A DNA stretch of 64,000 nucleotides. Origin: Vicinamibacterales bacterium (GTDB lineage: Bacteria > Acidobacteriota > Vicinamibacteria > Vicinamibacterales > UBA8438). Positions 9,625 through 19,869 of this stretch are shown piece by piece (the stretch's first letter is position 1; each line of letters starts with the position of its first letter). The translations under genes were made by a program, and so were the position numbers. The notes beneath the pieces are model-generated. The model did not search any database and was not told the DNA's origin. It saw only the letters and a list, made by a program, of their open reading frames with translations. The stretch lies in the NCBI GenBank assembly GCA_965217045.1, contig OZ244228.1, positions 507,914 through 571,913 on the forward strand. The letters are read 5' to 3'.

Positions 9625-9892
9625 GGCAGAAGCTATATGACCGACTCGGGCTGTTCTCCGAATACCGGGTCGTCTATCTGCCGAAAGCGCTCCCGGTTTG
9701 AACGGCCACATAACCCTTGAGACGAAGGCAACAGGAAAGCCCAGTGCCGGAAATCGGCATGCTGGGTTTGACGAGGCGGAGCTGGAAACGTGCCCACGGG
9801 AGCCGGACTGAGGCCCGGTGCCCACGGGAGCCGGCGAAAGCGCCGGAGGAGCCACCGGACCCTACCGACAGCGCGCCAGCTCTCGACCCTAC

Positions 9893-10010
9893 CGATGAGC
9901 GGCGACTGGAAACGGAGCCATGGCGAGGAGTGAGGCACCGGCATCAGCGAAAGCTGCCGGGAACAGCTACCCCCTACGCCTACCGCCACCGCGCCAGTCG
10001 TCGACTCTAC
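9893..10010 (+). ncRNA. Remainder of domain V and domain VI of the outer group II intron
   Basis: Matches the intron C 3' end at 26492-26608 (minus); ends ..CGACTCTAC and is followed by the same exon CCTGCTGACG. Confidence 0.85.
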
Positions 10011-10388
10011 CCTGCTGACGTCAGCCTCCCTGCACGACAGCTGCGGATTTCGCTGAAGTGGATCACCGATTCCGGGGATGTGGATCACGGATTTCGGTGA
10101 AGTGGAGCGCCCATCGGAGCGTAGCGACGTTCGTCGGTCAGTTGCCTCCCATCGGTGTCGTAGCGTCTGGTCGATATCCTACTCGTGCTGTCGTGTCAGT
10201 GAGCATCGATGAGGTTGCCTGTGGTTCCTGTGGGCGCCGCGTGCGGCGTCCAAGGTGCTGTGGGAAACGCGCTTTCGGCGACGGCGCAGTTGCCGCCGAG
10301 CGTATCGCGCGCGTTTTCCATGGCACCGCCAGGGTCCACAGGCTGTTCGCGCCCGGCGGGAGCGTCGGGCGTCTCGCGGACGTGATCG

Positions 10389-11147
10389 TCATGTCGTCTC
10401 CTTCCGGCGGTTGGCGGGTGCGTCGTGCGTGCGTCGCATCGAGCGGCCCTTGAGCTCGATGCGGTGCGCGTCGTGGAGCAGGCGGTCGCAGATGGCGTCG
10501 GCCTGGTTGGGGTCGCCGATGACGGCGTGCCAGTCGGTCACGGGCAGTTGGCTGGCGATGAGCGTCGAGGCGCGTTCGGCGCGGTCCTCGATCACCTCGA
10601 TGAGGTCTCGCCGCTCGGGGTCGCGCAGCGGCGCGAGCATCCAGTCGTCGATCGCGAGCAGGTCGAGCTTGGCCAGGCGGGCGAGCAGCCGGGTGTAGGA
10701 GCCGTCGCCGCGGCCGACGGCCAGCTCGTGCAGCAGGCGCGGCATGCGGACGTAGCGCGCGGCGAAGCTGCGGCGACACGCGCGTTCGACGAAGGCGCAG
10801 GCGATGAAGCTCTTGCCGATGCCGCACGGTCCCGTGACGATCACGTTGTGGCGCTCAGCGATCCACGCGCAGGCGCCGAGCGTGAGGATCTGCTGGCGAT
10901 TGAGCCGGCGCGAGTGGGTGAAGTCGACGGCCTCGAGCGTCGCCGGGTAGCGCAGCTTGGCCGTGCGGAGGCGCCGGTCGAGCTTGCGCTGCTCGCGGGC
11001 CGTCCACTCGGTGTCGACGAGCAGGCCGAGCCGCTCCTCGAAGCTGAGCGCGGCGGCCTGGTCGGTGTCGAGCTGCTTTTGGAAGGCGTCGGCCATCGCG
11101 CCGAGCTTCAGGGCGTTGAGCTTGTCGACGGTCTGTTCGATCAGCAT
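10389..11147 (-). CDS. istB: IS21 helper ATPase IstB
   Basis: GPCGIGKS Walker A, LLAIDDW, AICDRLLH. Confidence 0.93.
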   Translation of the reverse strand: MLIEQTVDKLNALKLGAMADAFQKQLDTDQAAALSFEERLGLLVDTEWTAREQRKLDRRLRTAKLRYPATLEAVDFTHSRRLNRQQILTLGACAWIAERHNVIVTGPCGIGKSFIACAFVERACRRSFAARYVRMPRLLHELAVGRGDGSYTRLLARLAKLDLLAIDDWMLAPLRDPERRDLIEVIEDRAERASTLIASQLPVTDWHAVIGDPNQADAICDRLLHDAHRIELKGRSMRRTHDAPANRRKETT

Positions 11148-12700
11148 CGGTCCTCCTCTGAGGTCGCGGCCGCGTAGTAGTTGGCGCCGCGGATGTTGGC
11201 GTGCATCGGTGTCGGGTTGGTCTCGGCCGGCGGCTCGAGGGGCAGCCGGTCCTGACCGGCGGCGAGGATGTTCTTGACGGTGTGGAAGCGGCACGAGCCG
11301 AGCGCCAGCGCGCGGGTGCTGGCGGCGTCGAGCCGGGCGTTGCCGTACTGGCGTCCCAGACGCATGATGCCTAACACGGTCCGATAGCCCTGCTCAGGGT
11401 GCGGGCGGCTGTGCAGGATCCGGGTGACGAGCCGAGCGGTCGCCGGTCCGACCGTCTCGGCCCAGCGGATGAGCCGCGACGGGGTCCACTCGGCATGTGC
11501 GCGGTGGGCGCTGGGCATGTGCTCGGCCACGGTGGACGGCTGTCGGTCGTAGCGCCGGCGGTGCGACGCCACGCGCTTGCCGCGATGGAAGATCTCGACC
11601 GTGTTCGTCGTGTGGCGGACCTCGACCTGCTCGCGGACGAGTTGGTACGGCACGCTGTAGACGTGGCGGTCGACCTCGACGTGGTAGTCGATGTTCACGC
11701 GGCACAGCTTCCAGTGGGCCAGGACGTAGCGGGTAGCCGGCAGGGGGCGTAGCGCCGGGCGGTCGAGCTGCTCATAGAGGGCGCGGCGGCTGACGCCCAG
11801 CTTCTTCATCGGGCGGTCGTTGAGCTCGTCGAGCAGGACGCGGATCGCCCGGTTCAGCGCGCCGAGCTCGAAGAAGGTCTGGTCGCGGAGCCGGGCCAGG
11901 ATCCACCGCTGGGCCACGAGTACGCTGGTCTCGACGACCGCCTTGTCGCGGGGCTTTCTGGGGCGCGCCGGGATGACGACGGCGCCGTAGTGGGCGGCCA
12001 GGTCCTCGTAGGTGCGGTTGACGTCGGGCTCGTAGCGGCAGGGGCGGGTGATGGCGCTCTTGAGCTGGTCGGGGACCCACAGCGTGGTGGCGCCCCCGCA
12101 GTACTCGACCATGTGGATGTGGGCGGTGACCCAGTCCGCCAGCTGCTGGGTCGCGGTCGCCTCGGCGTAGGTGAGGCTGCTGGCGCCGAGCGCGGCGACG
12201 AACAGCTCGACAGGCCGCAGCTCACCCGTGCGCCGGTCGACCAGAGTCGGCCGCTTGCCCGAGAAGTCGACGAAAGTCTTCTCGCCGGCGCGGTGCACCT
12301 GCCGCATCGACGGCCGCAGCCGCCGCGACCACTGCCGGTAGATCTCGCAGAATTGCGTGTAGCGGTAGCCGCCGGGATGGACCTGGAGGTACTCCTCCCA
12401 GAGCAGCTGCAGCGTGACCCCGTTGCGCTTGAGCTCGCGGTGGATGTGCGCGCAGTCGGGTCGGGCTCGGTTGGGCACTGGCGCCGGGCGGCGAAACAGC
12501 CGGGCCTCGAGCGCCGCGTCGTCCAGGTCGGCCGGCAGCGGCCAGCCCAGCCCGTACCGAGCCGCCCTCTGCAGATAGCGTGAAACCGAGCTCGGACCGA
12601 TGACGCAGGCTTGGGCTACCTCTCGGTGGGACAGGCCCTGTTCGTACCTGAGTCGTAGAATCTCCCGAATTTTCCTCACCAGAAGCCTCCGAGTCGGCAT
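11141..12700 (-). CDS. istA: IS21 transposase IstA
   Basis: HRAGEKTFVDFSG, VPDQLKS, PARPRKPRDKAVVE, SRPHPEQGYR. Confidence 0.95.
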   Translation of the reverse strand: MPTRRLLVRKIREILRLRYEQGLSHREVAQACVIGPSSVSRYLQRAARYGLGWPLPADLDDAALEARLFRRPAPVPNRARPDCAHIHRELKRNGVTLQLLWEEYLQVHPGGYRYTQFCEIYRQWSRRLRPSMRQVHRAGEKTFVDFSGKRPTLVDRRTGELRPVELFVAALGASSLTYAEATATQQLADWVTAHIHMVEYCGGATTLWVPDQLKSAITRPCRYEPDVNRTYEDLAAHYGAVVIPARPRKPRDKAVVETSVLVAQRWILARLRDQTFFELGALNRAIRVLLDELNDRPMKKLGVSRRALYEQLDRPALRPLPATRYVLAHWKLCRVNIDYHVEVDRHVYSVPYQLVREQVEVRHTTNTVEIFHRGKRVASHRRRYDRQPSTVAEHMPSAHRAHAEWTPSRLIRWAETVGPATARLVTRILHSRPHPEQGYRTVLGIMRLGRQYGNARLDAASTRALALGSCRFHTVKNILAAGQDRLPLEPPAETNPTPMHANIRGANYYAAATSEEDRC

Positions 12701-13507
12701 CGCTTCGCCCTCCGTTCAAAAGGCGAAGGATCCCGCGGTCAGGCTACCGATGAGCGCTCACGATCCCGGAAACTGGGTGATCCAGTTCGGCCGAAAGCGA
12801 TCCACTTCCGCCGAAATCGGTGATCCACTTCGACCGAAACAGGTGATCCACTTCCGCCGAAATCGGCGATCCACATCGTCCGAAATACGCAACAGCCAAG
12901 CCGCCATTCCGCTGGCGACCTTGTCGGCCGAGCGAACGACCAATCTGTATGACCTGATGGACGCCGCCTACGACGCGGAACCGATCCGCCAGCACAGCCG
13001 CTCACTCGGCCACGTCCCGTTGCTTGACACCAACCCCCGCCGCGACAAGGCGCTGGCGGAGGAATTGCGAACCGAAGCCCGGCGCCTGCAGCGTATCGGC
13101 TTTCAGCTTCCCGAGCAGGCTCGCTACAACGAGCGTACGGCGGGTGAGCGCGTCAATGGCCGACTCAAGGACGAGTTCGGCGGTCGCCATGTCCGGGTCC
13201 GGGGCGCCTCGAAAGTGATGTGCCACTGCATGTTCGGCGTGCTCGCACTCACCGCCGACCAGCTCGTGCGCCTCGTGACATAACCAGTGCACCGCCGGCA
13301 ACGCCCCTCGGCGCCCGACGGGCGTCAGTCACCCACGGGTGTCCCAACGCGCGGTCGAGAACACGTCGAAACATCCGACTTCTACCTCTGGCGTGCCGCC
13401 GGTTATCCCGACAAGATGTCCAGTCGGCGATCCAGGGCAATCGTGTTCACCAAGAGAGCTGAGGACTGCGCCCAGCCCCAATCCCCCGGGAGTTTTGCAA
13501 GCGGCTC

Positions 13508-13726
13508 CTGGGTTTGCCGGTGGAACGACTCGTTCCAGAGGGCGAAGAGCATGGCGCCCTTGAGGACGAAACGCAGACGGTGGGGGGAGCGGCCAAGACG
13601 GAAGAGGAATCGCTCGACCGCGTACCTCCAGAGGAGGAACTGAAAATCCTCACCCGTCTCCCGGCTGCGAGCGAGCAGCCGGGCGCGGACAGAAGCGCCG
13701 ACGTTCTTGAGCGGACGTGTCGTCAC
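13508..13726 (-). pseudogene. AbiEii-type nucleotidyltransferase toxin, N-terminal fragment
   Basis: KNVGASVRARLL..RYAVERFLFRL..FVLKGAMLF; cut at the IS end (13507); GTG overlaps the AbiEi stop. Confidence 0.8.
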
Positions 13727-14159
13727 GATAGAACCGCTTCGACGTAGGGTTCGAGGACCGTGCGGGCCCGGCAGACGCTGGCGGCGCGCATGATCTCGTC
13801 GACCGTGGTGAGCCGCTGGCGCAGGGCGTCGCGGAGCGCCTCGAGTGCGGTGTCGAGACCGAACTTGTTGCGGTATCGGAAGCAGTCGACGACCGTGCGG
13901 GCCGGCGACGTGATCGAAACCGGCACCCCGAGCATCCGGCGGCGAACGACGCCGTAGGTGAGCATCGCCTTCGAGAAGCGGACGACCCGAACCTGCGCCG
14001 GCGTTCGAGCGGGCCGGCGGGCCTTGCGGTCGATGGCGATCCAGACTTCGTGCGGGGACTCGGTTCCGATCTCGTGAACGCGGAGCGCCGTCATCAGGCA
14101 GACGACCGCGTGCGGCACGGCAGCAGCTACCATGGCGACGGTCTCCAGTTCCGTCGGCT
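13723..14159 (-). pseudogene. AbiEi-type antitoxin, 5'-truncated
   Basis: VVCLMTALRVHEI, ITSPARTVVDCFRYRNKFGLDTALEAL; N-terminus replaced by an IS3 end at 14160. Confidence 0.8.
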
Positions 14160-14653
14160 TGAGGCGCCCCCAGTTTTCTTGGACACGGATTAAGGGAGAA
14201 TCCGATGTCACAGGAGGTAGGGGGCATGGCTCGGTCGAGACGGACGGAGGGAGCCCGGAGGGCGACCGGAGTCAGCGCCGACGGCGCGGCGGTTGGGTTG
14301 GGGGCCTTGGCGCTCGGCCAGCGGTGGAGCGCAAGCCGGAAACGGGACGTGGTGTTGCGGCTGCTGCGCGGCGAGTCGCTGGATGCGGTCTCGCGAGAAG
14401 TCGGGGTGGAGGTCTATCGCCTGGAGGCGTGGAAGGCCCGGGCGCTGGCCGGTCTCGAGCTCGGTCTGAAGGCGCAGGCCGGTGAGCCACTGGCCGCCGA
14501 GTTGGATGCTGCCAAGCGACACATTGGCGAGCTGTCGATGGAGAACGAGCTGTTGCGGGAGCGTGCCCGTGGAGCGGAGCGTCGCCTCCCTTTGGCGACG
14601 CGGAGGTCGCGACGATGAGCGCAACGACCTCCGCGACGACGGGGCGGCGCTAT

Positions 14654-16144
14654 CAGCCCGTGGAAGAAGTCTGTTCGCTGAGCCCCGCTGTTCAGGCAAC
14701 TTGGCGATGAGCGATTGAGCCGACGAGCGCCGTCGGGGTCCATTTTAACCCCCAAGCGCGCCTCAGACGCCCCCAGCGGTCGATCAGACGCCCGATCAAG
14801 CGGCAAATCGCCGAAACAGCCCGCCCCTGCAGGCTCCGGGGCGTACCGACGCCGGTCTGGCGGCGCAGGAGCAGTCCGATGTTGCAGGCGGCCGCCTGGA
14901 TCAGCACGCGCTTGCGGACATTCTCGTGACCGCGCACCCACACGCGACGCATACCGCCCGTCTCATACAGGTGCGCGAAAGTCCGCTCCACCACCTCGCC
15001 CCGGCACCGTTGCAGGCGACGACCCCGCCGCCCGCGCACACGACGCCGGTTCCCATACAGAGCCTTCTGTGCAGCAGCCTTCTCCGGCGGCTTCTCTCCC
15101 GTCTTCTTGTCCTGCCAGCAGCGCCGGCCGCGCTCCGGCTCCGATACGTGACTCCGAACCCCTATCGTGTCGAGCGCCACCAGCGTCGCGTCGCTGTGAT
15201 AGCCCTTGTCGGCCACCACCTCTTCGACCCCCACGCCGTTCGGCTGCACCGCTTCAACCTGCTCGGCCGCCATGATCAGCGTCTCCGGCAGCGTCGCCGT
15301 GTCACCATCCGATGCATCCTGCACCGTCACCGCGACGATGGCCCCCGTGTCCATGTCGACCCCGTGCTCGGCGTTGTGGGCCAGGTGCGTCCGACCGTCC
15401 TTCATCTTCGCGATCTTCGCGTCCGGGTCCTGCGGCGATTTCCACTCCTTGTTCGACGTTTTCTTGTTCTTCCGCGAACGGTCGAACCGAGCCAGCTCCG
15501 CCCGCGTCGGCGTCTCAACACCCGACGCCTCCGCCAACCGCCGAATGAACGCCTCGTGGGATTCTCCCGTGTCCCGCCGCTCGATACTCCGCATCGCCGC
15601 GTTCGCTTCCAGCGTCGTCGCGTCAATGCCGACCGTCTTCCCCCGAACCAGACCCGCTGCGGACAGCCGCTCCAGAACCCACGTGAACACTGCCTCATGG
15701 GTCTCTACGTCGATCCGCCGCCGCGTGCGCGACAGCGTCGAGTGATCCGGCGCCGCCGCGGTCAACTCCAGGTCCAGGAACGACCGCAGACTCAGCGAAT
15801 CGGCCACCCGCCACGCAATCCCCCGCTCCGACGACAACCCCTCGAAATAGCCGATGAACAGCATCCGGAAATACCGACCCGGACGCAGACTCGGACGGCC
15901 CAGCCTGTCCGCGTAGAAAGCCGCGCACAACTCCTCGACGAACGCATCGAATCCGGAATCCGCCAGGACCCGGTTCAGCCGCTCGAAGTAAGGATGCCCG
16001 TCGCTCGTCGGAAGGTCCGCCGTGTCCACCCACATCGGCGACGCCTGGCGCGCCGCCGGTTTCTTGCCCATCGCCATGGCCGTTCAGTGTACGGGCTCGA
16101 TCGCGCCGGGGCCAGGCCGGATCCGCGACTTTCGCCACAGGCTG
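14654..16144 (-). mobile_element. IS5/IS1182-family element
   Basis: IRs CAGCCCGTGG.. / ..CCACAGGCTG; 4-bp duplication CTAT at 14650-14653 and 16145-16148. Confidence 0.9.
14692..16077 (-). CDS. IS5/IS1182-family transposase
   Basis: GRPSL..YFRMLFIGYFEGLSSERGIAW, PDHSTLSR, GIDATTLEANA, VADKGYHS, VERTFAH. Confidence 0.9.
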   Translation of the reverse strand: MAMGKKPAARQASPMWVDTADLPTSDGHPYFERLNRVLADSGFDAFVEELCAAFYADRLGRPSLRPGRYFRMLFIGYFEGLSSERGIAWRVADSLSLRSFLDLELTAAAPDHSTLSRTRRRIDVETHEAVFTWVLERLSAAGLVRGKTVGIDATTLEANAAMRSIERRDTGESHEAFIRRLAEASGVETPTRAELARFDRSRKNKKTSNKEWKSPQDPDAKIAKMKDGRTHLAHNAEHGVDMDTGAIVAVTVQDASDGDTATLPETLIMAAEQVEAVQPNGVGVEEVVADKGYHSDATLVALDTIGVRSHVSEPERGRRCWQDKKTGEKPPEKAAAQKALYGNRRRVRGRRGRRLQRCRGEVVERTFAHLYETGGMRRVWVRGHENVRKRVLIQAAACNIGLLLRRQTGVGTPRSLQGRAVSAICRLIGRLIDRWGRLRRAWGLKWTPTALVGSIAHRQVA

Positions 16145-17061
16145 CTATGGTCTCGAGCGGGTGTGTCGACTGTGGGAACGGTCGCGCTCGGCGCTCTACG
16201 CGCGGCGGGCTCGTTTGCAGCGCCCAGCGCGGGGTGCTGGCCTGGGGCGCCGCGGGCCGACGCCCGCGCTGTCGGATGCGCAGTTGCTGGCGGCCATTCG
16301 TAGCGACCTGGCCCGCTCCCCGTTCCGGGGCGAGGGCCATCGCAAGGTCCACGCGCGGCTGCGGATCCTCGACGGGGTGTGGGTCTCGCGGACGCGAGTG
16401 TTGCGCGTGATGCGCGCGAAGGGGTTGCTCTCGCCCCACCGCGGGCGGCAGGCTGACTCGAGGGCGCACGACGGCACGATTGTCACCTCGGCGCCCAACG
16501 TCATGTGGGGTACCGACGGCGTGCGGGTGTTCACGGCCGACGACGGCTGGGTCTGGACCTTCGCGGCGGTGGACCACTGGAACGCCGAGTGCGTGGGCTG
16601 GCACGTGTGCAAGGTGGGGAGCCGTTTCGCGGCCCTCGAGCCGGTCGCGCAAGGGCTCCGGCGACTCTACGGTTCGGTCGAGGCGGACGTGGCCCGCGGG
16701 CTGGCGCTGCGGATGGACCACGGCAGCCAGTATCTGTCGGACCACTTCCTCAACCAGCTTCGGTACTGGGGCATCCACCCCAGCTTCGGCTTCCTCGAAG
16801 AGCCGGAAACCAACGGGGTCGTCGAGCGCTGGAATCGCACGCTCAAGGAGCAAGCAGTCTACGGCCGGGTCTTTCGAAACTTGGCCGACGTGCGCGCCGC
16901 CGTCGCCAGGTTCGTCGAACGCTACAATCAGTGCTGGCGCCTCGAGAAGCTGGCGTATCGCACGCCGCTCGAAGCGCGCCATGAACACGAGCTGCGTCAA
17001 GCCGCGTAGCGTAAACGTGTGTCCAAGAAACCGGGTGCGGTACAACTAATGCCCTCCTTAA

Positions 17062-18243
17062 TATCAGCGCTTCGAGCAGATCGTTCTCGAGAATCCGCCA
17101 GCGAATCTCACTCTCGCCGCTGCCGGCGTCGCCGGTGAAGAGCGGCGACCCGTTCATGATGATGGCCACCCGCGAACCGCCCTGGGCGGGCTCCTTGACG
17201 TGCGCGAGCATGTGCTGCAGGAACAGGAGCTGCCCGTCGCTGATCCGCGGCAGGCCCGGCCCGAAGCGCCCGGCGGCGCCCCGGTCGTGCTCGTTCTGCA
17301 CGGCGTCCTGATCGCGCTTCCAGTCCTTGCCGTAGGGTGGATTGGCGATCATGTAATCGAAGGAGCCAGCGGCGTGCCGGTCGTTCGAGAGCGTGCTCCC
17401 GAAGAGGATGTTCTCCGCATCGCGGCCGTCTTCGGACTTCATAAAGAGGTCCGACTTGCAGATGGCGAAGGTCTCCGGGTTCACCTCCTGGCCGAACAGG
17501 TGGGTGTCGGCGTCCGGGTTCACGGCATCGCCGCAGCGTTCGCCGTCGCGGGTCTCTCCGGCGGTGATGTGCTCCTTGGCGATGGTGAGCATGCCGCCCG
17601 AGCCGCAGCACGGGTCGTAGACGCTGAGCACGACACCCTTCGTGCGCAGCTGTCTTTCGTCGCCGGCCAGCAACAGGTCGACCATGAGGTGGACGACGTC
17701 GCGGGGGGTGAAGTGCTCGCCGGGGTTCTCGTTCAGTGCCTCGTTGAACTTCCGGATGAGCTCCTCGAAGATGGTGCCCATCGTGGCGTTGTCGACCGCG
17801 TCCGGGTGCAGGTTCACCCGCGGATCGCCGAAGCGCTGCACGACCAGGAACAGCAGACCCGCCTCGTCGAGCTTCGCGATGGTGTTGTCGAAGTCGAACT
17901 TCTCGAGCACCTCGCGCATGTTGGGGCTGAACCCGGCGATGTAGTTCCGCAGGTTCTGCGCGATGTGGGGCGCGTCGGCGAGCAGCTTCTCCAAGTCGTA
18001 GCGCGACGTGTTGTAGAAGGCGAAGCCGGAGGCGCGCCGCAGCTGCGGGTCGAGGTTGTCGAGCTTGCCCTTGAACCGCGCCTGAACCTTCAGCACCTTC
18101 GTCTTGGTGGGGGCCAGCACGCAGTCGAGCCGGCGCAGCACGGTGAGCGGCAGGATCACGTCCTGGTACTTGCTGCGCTTGAACGTGTCGCGGATGAGGT
18201 CCGCCACGCCCCAGATGAAGCTGACGATCTGGCTGTGGTTCAT
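17062..18243 (-). pseudogene. hsdM: Type I restriction-modification N6-adenine methyltransferase, 3'-truncated
   Basis: FIWGVADLIRD, GEHFTPRDVV, VYDPCCGSGGML, IANPPYG, GSPLFTGDAGSGESEIR; stops next to the IS3 end. Confidence 0.88.
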
Positions 18244-18527
18244 GTTTCGCCCGTTCCGAAGTTGATCACCAGACGCGTGGCGGCTGGAGCAGCACGCGGA
18301 CCGGCGGTCGCCACACCGGTTGGGGGGGAATTCGAGTCGTCCGCTACGGCGGCACGTGAGGAGTCGATTTGGACGCGTATCGTCGCCAGCGCGATCCAAC
18401 GGCCCGGGCCTGCGGCTCGTCAAGACGGGCCGCAGGCAGAGCGGCGCCCTTGAGCGACCCGAGCGCCTATCGGAGGGCGACTCCGACGAGTCGAGGCGGC
18501 TGCGGGTCTGGCCGGCCCGCGGCGCCT

Positions 18528-19490
18528 TTAACGCGCGGCTGTCTCCCGCTCAACCGCCCGCGCGCCGGCGAGGATCCCCTCCATGCCGTAGTTGCCTTCG
18601 TGGCAGGCGAACTCGTACAGGTCGCCGTCCATCGGCGTCATCGTGATCGAGGCTGTCCACGGTCTCGCGTAGGTGGCCGGGTCGGAAACCGTGTAGACGT
18701 ACTCGAGCGTGTCGGTGCCGGTACGGGTGAACCGCTCGACGAGATGCATGCCGTCGGCGGAGCCCTGGTAGGCAGCCTTGCCGTTGAAATTGGTCGTCTC
18801 GACGACCAGCGTGTCGCCTTCCCACCGCCCGCGGGAATCGCCCATCCACTGTCGGATGGCGTCGGCGATCAGCGGCCGGCCGTCCATCGGAATGACGCGT
18901 GCGTCGTGGATCTGCTCGGTCCAGACGACGACGTAGCCGGGCGTCTGGAAGAGCCACAGGTGGTTATTGTAGCCGCCGGCGGACATGGGCGGTCCCGCCT
19001 TCGTGTGGTGCGCGCAGCGCTCGCCGGGCGTGCGGTCCTCAGGACCGTGGGCGGGACGGCGGAGCAGGGCTCGGCGGGCTTCCAGCCGTGCGCGCCCCTC
19101 CGGGGTGAACGGAATGCGGCCGTCCGGCGGATCGACGATGAGCGACGTGCGCCCGGTCGACTCGCCCCGGTCGAACCAGAATGCGTTGTAGGCACCCGTG
19201 TCGCCGGGCGGCGGCGGCTCGTCGCCGCGGGTGAGCGCGTCCTGGTTGAGCGTGGCGATTTCGGTGTCCGTCAGCCGGTCCCGCCCCGCGTACCGCTCGG
19301 GCCGCTCCAGCGGCGTGATCGTCGCGAACGACCAGACGCCCTGGAGATCCGGGTCGCCCCACGCCGTCCGGGACGCCGTCCAGCCGTCCGGCGCGGCCGC
19401 CTGCGTCTGGCCCGCGGCCCCCGCAGGCGCCAGCCACGCCGCCCCGATCACTAGGCACCACGCCGAGAGACTTTGACGTGTCATCTTCAT
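18528..19490 (-). CDS. Secreted hypothetical protein of the GDPDLQG..ACHEGNY family (paralog 1)
   Basis: Signal peptide; RTAWGDPDLQGVW, GDSRGRWEGDTLVVETTNF, EFACHEGNY. Confidence 0.8.
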   Translation of the reverse strand: MKMTRQSLSAWCLVIGAAWLAPAGAAGQTQAAAPDGWTASRTAWGDPDLQGVWSFATITPLERPERYAGRDRLTDTEIATLNQDALTRGDEPPPPGDTGAYNAFWFDRGESTGRTSLIVDPPDGRIPFTPEGRARLEARRALLRRPAHGPEDRTPGERCAHHTKAGPPMSAGGYNNHLWLFQTPGYVVVWTEQIHDARVIPMDGRPLIADAIRQWMGDSRGRWEGDTLVVETTNFNGKAAYQGSADGMHLVERFTRTGTDTLEYVYTVSDPATYARPWTASITMTPMDGDLYEFACHEGNYGMEGILAGARAVERETAAR

Positions 19491-19866
19491 ACCTCCCGAT
19501 GTTCATCAGCGGGTGCCCGCCCGCACACCCGAAACAACGCCCGGACGTCGTCGACGAGCAGCTCCGGCTCCTCGCCGGCGGCGAAATGGCCGCTGGTCGG
19601 CATGAGGGTGAAGCCGGCGAGGTTGTAGCGCGCCTCGAGCCACCGCCGCGGCGTGAAGATGAGCTCCTTCGGAAACGCCGCGCAGGCGGTAGGCACCTTG
19701 ACGCGCCCCGAGCCCGGCACGCTGCCGCCGTGCCGTCCCTCATGGTACTAATAGTAGCGCGCCACCGACGTCGCGGTCTGCGTGACCCAGTAGATCGTGA
19801 TGGTCGTGAGCAGATCATCCTTGCTGAACTTCGTCTCGGGATCGCCGACGCAATCGCAGCAGCTCC
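19487..19866 (-). pseudogene. Epoxide hydrolase-like alpha/beta hydrolase, C-terminal remnant
   Basis: FSKDDLLTTITIYWVT, VPTACAAFPKEL, GHFAAGEEPELLVDDVR. Confidence 0.7.
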
Positions 19867-19869
19867 GGT

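Larger units (their letters stand above)
2668..9701 (+). pseudogene. Intron A reverse transcriptase/maturase in five pieces (2668-2773, 4071-4306, 6557-6675, 7374-7840, 9633-9701)
   Basis: Pieces read MTKPSIGLQDLRRRIYLKAKADQKWRFWGLYVHVC / YGYRPKR..DLASYFD..PQGGVI / SPLLSNLYL..RFADD / LVILIDG..FTFLGF..LRGWTNYF..WSRQK / LYDRLGLFSEYRV..*. About 100 codons between the first two pieces appear deleted. Confidence 0.9.
2156..9892 (+). mobile_element. Group II intron A (RT gene interrupted four times), inserted in domain V of another intron
   Basis: 5' end GTGTG at 2156. Domain V AAGCCCAGTGCCGGAAATCGGCATGCTGGGTTTG at ~9737-9770. 3' end ...CGACCCTAC at 9892. Removing it rejoins GGGTT|CGATGAGCGG. Confidence 0.85.
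10042..12891 (-). mobile_element. IS21-family element, copy 1
   Basis: TG..CA ends; 5-bp target duplication ACAGC (10037-10041, 12892-12896); ~22-bp subterminal repeats at 12761-12891. Confidence 0.92.
10011..13507 (+). mobile_element. 3' part of an IS5/IS1182-like element (transposase C-terminus 10011-10041 + 12897-13283; right end at 13507)
   Basis: LLTSASLHDS|QAAIPLA..LYDLMDAAYD..ERVNGRLKDEFGG; terminal GAGTTTTGCAAGCGGCTC; second copy at 25850-26491. Confidence 0.8.
14160..17044 (+). mobile_element. IS3-family element (orfA 14226-14618; orfB 14615-14653 + 16149-17009), interrupted by an IS5/IS1182 element
   Basis: IRs TGAGGCGCCCCCAGTTTTCTTGGACAC / GTGTCCAAGAAACCGGGTGCGGTACA; orfB motifs MWGTDG, MDHGSQY, PETNGVVER. 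Confidence 0.88.

Noticed and set aside
9789-9834. 17-bp direct repeat GTGCCCACGGGAGCCGG in intron A domain VI
   Set aside because: A single short duplication, probably slippage or a consensus error.
10138-10388. ORF-like tails downstream of both istB genes
   Set aside because: Low-complexity translation of IS21 right-end DNA; no coding evidence.
12761-12891. ~22-bp GATCCACTT..CCGAAA repeats resembling a CRISPR array
   Set aside because: No unique spacers; these are the subterminal repeats typical of IS21 ends, bounded by the ACAGC duplication.
18535-18552. 14-nt match to the intron A 5' region (AGCGGGAGACAGCC)
   Set aside because: It encodes the normal C-terminus of a gene; a match of this length is expected by chance in 64 kb.
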